Positions 45,371 through 47,164 of a DNA stretch of 47,164 bases are shown in pieces. Below the pieces are notes generated by a model that made no database searches, had not been told where the DNA came from, and saw only the letters and a list, made by a program, of their open reading frames with translations. How positions within the stretch are numbered: position 1 is the stretch's first letter; every line of letters begins with the position of its first letter. This DNA comes from Dendrobates tinctorius (taxonomy: Eukaryota): contig NW_027361688.1 in the NCBI RefSeq assembly GCF_039654945.1, positions 930,001-977,164 on the forward strand, given 5' to 3'. The position numbers were made by a program, and so were the translations under genes.

Positions 45371-46842
45371 CACCGGGCTGGAGAGTAACGCCACCGGGCT
45401 GGAGAGTAACGCCACCGGGCTGGAGAATAACGCCACCGGGCTGGAGAATAACGCCACCGGGCTGGAGAGTAACGCCACCGGGCTGGAGAGAAACGCCACC
45501 GGGCTGGAGAGTAACGCCACCGGCTGGAGAGTAACGCCACCGGGCTGGAGAGTAACGCCACCGGGCTGGAGAGTAACGCCACCGGGCTGGAGAGTAACGC
45601 CACCGGGCTGGAGAGAAACGCCACCGGGCTGGAGAATAACGCCACCGGGCTGGAGAACGTCACCGGGCTGGAGAATAACGCCACCGGGCTGGAGAATAAC
45701 TCCACCGGGCTGGAGAGTAACGCCACCGGGCTGGAGAGTAACGCCACCGGGCTGGAGAGTAACGCCACCGGGCTGGAGAGTAACGCCACCGGGCTGGAGA
45801 ATAACGCCACCGGGCTGGAGAATAACGCCACCGGGCTGGAGAGTAACGCCACCGGGCTGGAGAATAACGCCACCGGGCTGGAGAGTAACGCCACCGGCTG
45901 GAGAGTAACGCCACCGGGCTGGAGAATAACGCCACCGGGCTGGAGAGAAACGCCACCGGGCTGGAGAGAAACGCCACCGGGCTGGAGAATAACGCCACCG
46001 GGCTGGAGAATAACGCCATCGGGCTGGAGAACAACGTCACCGGGCTGGAGAATAACGCCACCGGGCTGGAGAATAACGCCACCGGGCTGGAGAGAAACGC
46101 CACCGGGCTGGAGAATAACGCCACCGGGCTGGAGAATAACGCCACCGGGCTGGAGAATAACGCCACCGGGCTGGAGAGAAACGCCACCGGGCTGGAGAAT
46201 AACGCCACCGGGCTGGAGAACAACGTCACCGGGCTGGAGAATAACGCCACCGGGCTGGAGAATAACGCCACCGGGCTGGAGAGTAACGCCACCGGGCTGG
46301 AGAGTAACGCCACCGGGCTGGAGAATAACGCCACCGGGCTGGAGAGTAACGCCACCGGGCTGGAGAGTAACGCCACCGGGCTGGAGAATAACGCCACCGG
46401 GCTGGAGAATGACGCCACCGGGCTGGAGAGTAACGCCACCGGGCTGGAGAGTAACGCCACCGGGCTGGAGAATAACGCCACCGGGCTGGAGAATAACGCC
46501 ACCGGGCTGGAGAGTAACGCCACCGGGCTGGAGAGTAACGCCACCGGGCTGGAGAATAACGCCACCGGGCTGGAGAATAACGCCACCGGGCTGGAGAGTA
46601 ACGCCACCGGGCTGGAGAGTAACGCCACCGGGCTGGAGAATAACGCCACCGGGCTGGAGAATAACGCCACCGGGCTGGAGAGTAACGCCACCGGGCTGGA
46701 GAATAACGCCACCGGGCTGGAGAGTAACGCCACCGGCTGGAGAGTAACGCCACCGGGCTGGAGAGTAACGCCACCGGGCTGGAGAATAACGCCACCGGGC
46801 TGGAGAGTAACGCCACCGGGCTGGAGAGTAACGCCACCGGGG
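45371..46842. repeat. 21-bp minisatellite
   Basis: CACCGGGCTGGAGA(G/A)TAACGC x~70. Confidence 0.97.
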
Positions 46843-47164
46843 TACGATCACCGTACAGCGAGAACGTAAAAACATCAGTGGCAGAAATGTGCGGAGGGAG
46901 CGGCGGGGGGTGGTGGGGGGCACCATGTCACTGCATTTGGGGTTTTCCCCAGTTTTTCACATTATATGAGAAAGTGAACGGTGTCATTTAAAAGTAAAAC
47001 TCGCCCCACAGATAACGAGCCGTAATACATAAAGACAAGTCATGGCTTTTGGGAAAAGGGGAGGAAGAAAAATGAAAGAGCAAAAATGGAAAATGACCCT
47101 GAAGGAAAGGGTGAAGGAAGGAGTGCGGACACTTATATATCTATGCACTGAGTTTTTTTTAATC

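Noticed and set aside
45370-46926. 518-aa heptad-repeat ORF (LQPGGVT)
   Set aside because: Translation of a 21-bp minisatellite; 20-bp units shift the frame
42560-47164. TM7SF3 first exon expected head-to-head with MED21
   Set aside because: No recognisable coding exon or CpG-island start on the + strand in this interval

Overview
Eukaryotic genomic DNA, very likely from an anuran (frog); this is inferred from the repeat repertoire (CR1, L2, RTE-X, V-SINE, TTAA-flanked MITEs, dense minisatellites). Two complete spliced genes lie on the minus strand. MED21 has 4 coding exons (CDS 42452..38685, 144 aa). STK38L/NDR2 has 13 coding exons (CDS 20807..13918, 464 aa). A CpG-rich promoter and short phase-1 first exon near 3.65-3.9 kb probably belong to ARNTL2/BMAL2, inferred from the vertebrate MED21-STK38L-ARNTL2 order. 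Roughly 40-45% of the window is tandem repeat from more than a dozen families, and almost all long ORFs in the track are artefacts of these arrays. There is no CRISPR or prokaryotic system. Main unexplained structures: (1) several minisatellites inside STK38L whose units carry a CTCF-like motif, about 40 copies in oriented blocks; (2) one 57-bp family placed as inverted arrays tightly around exons 9-12, a circRNA/dsRNA geometry; (3) an 86-bp satellite whose three arrays end in the same register, and which in two genes appears to supply the branch point of the next exon. These are sequence-level hypotheses, not demonstrated functions.
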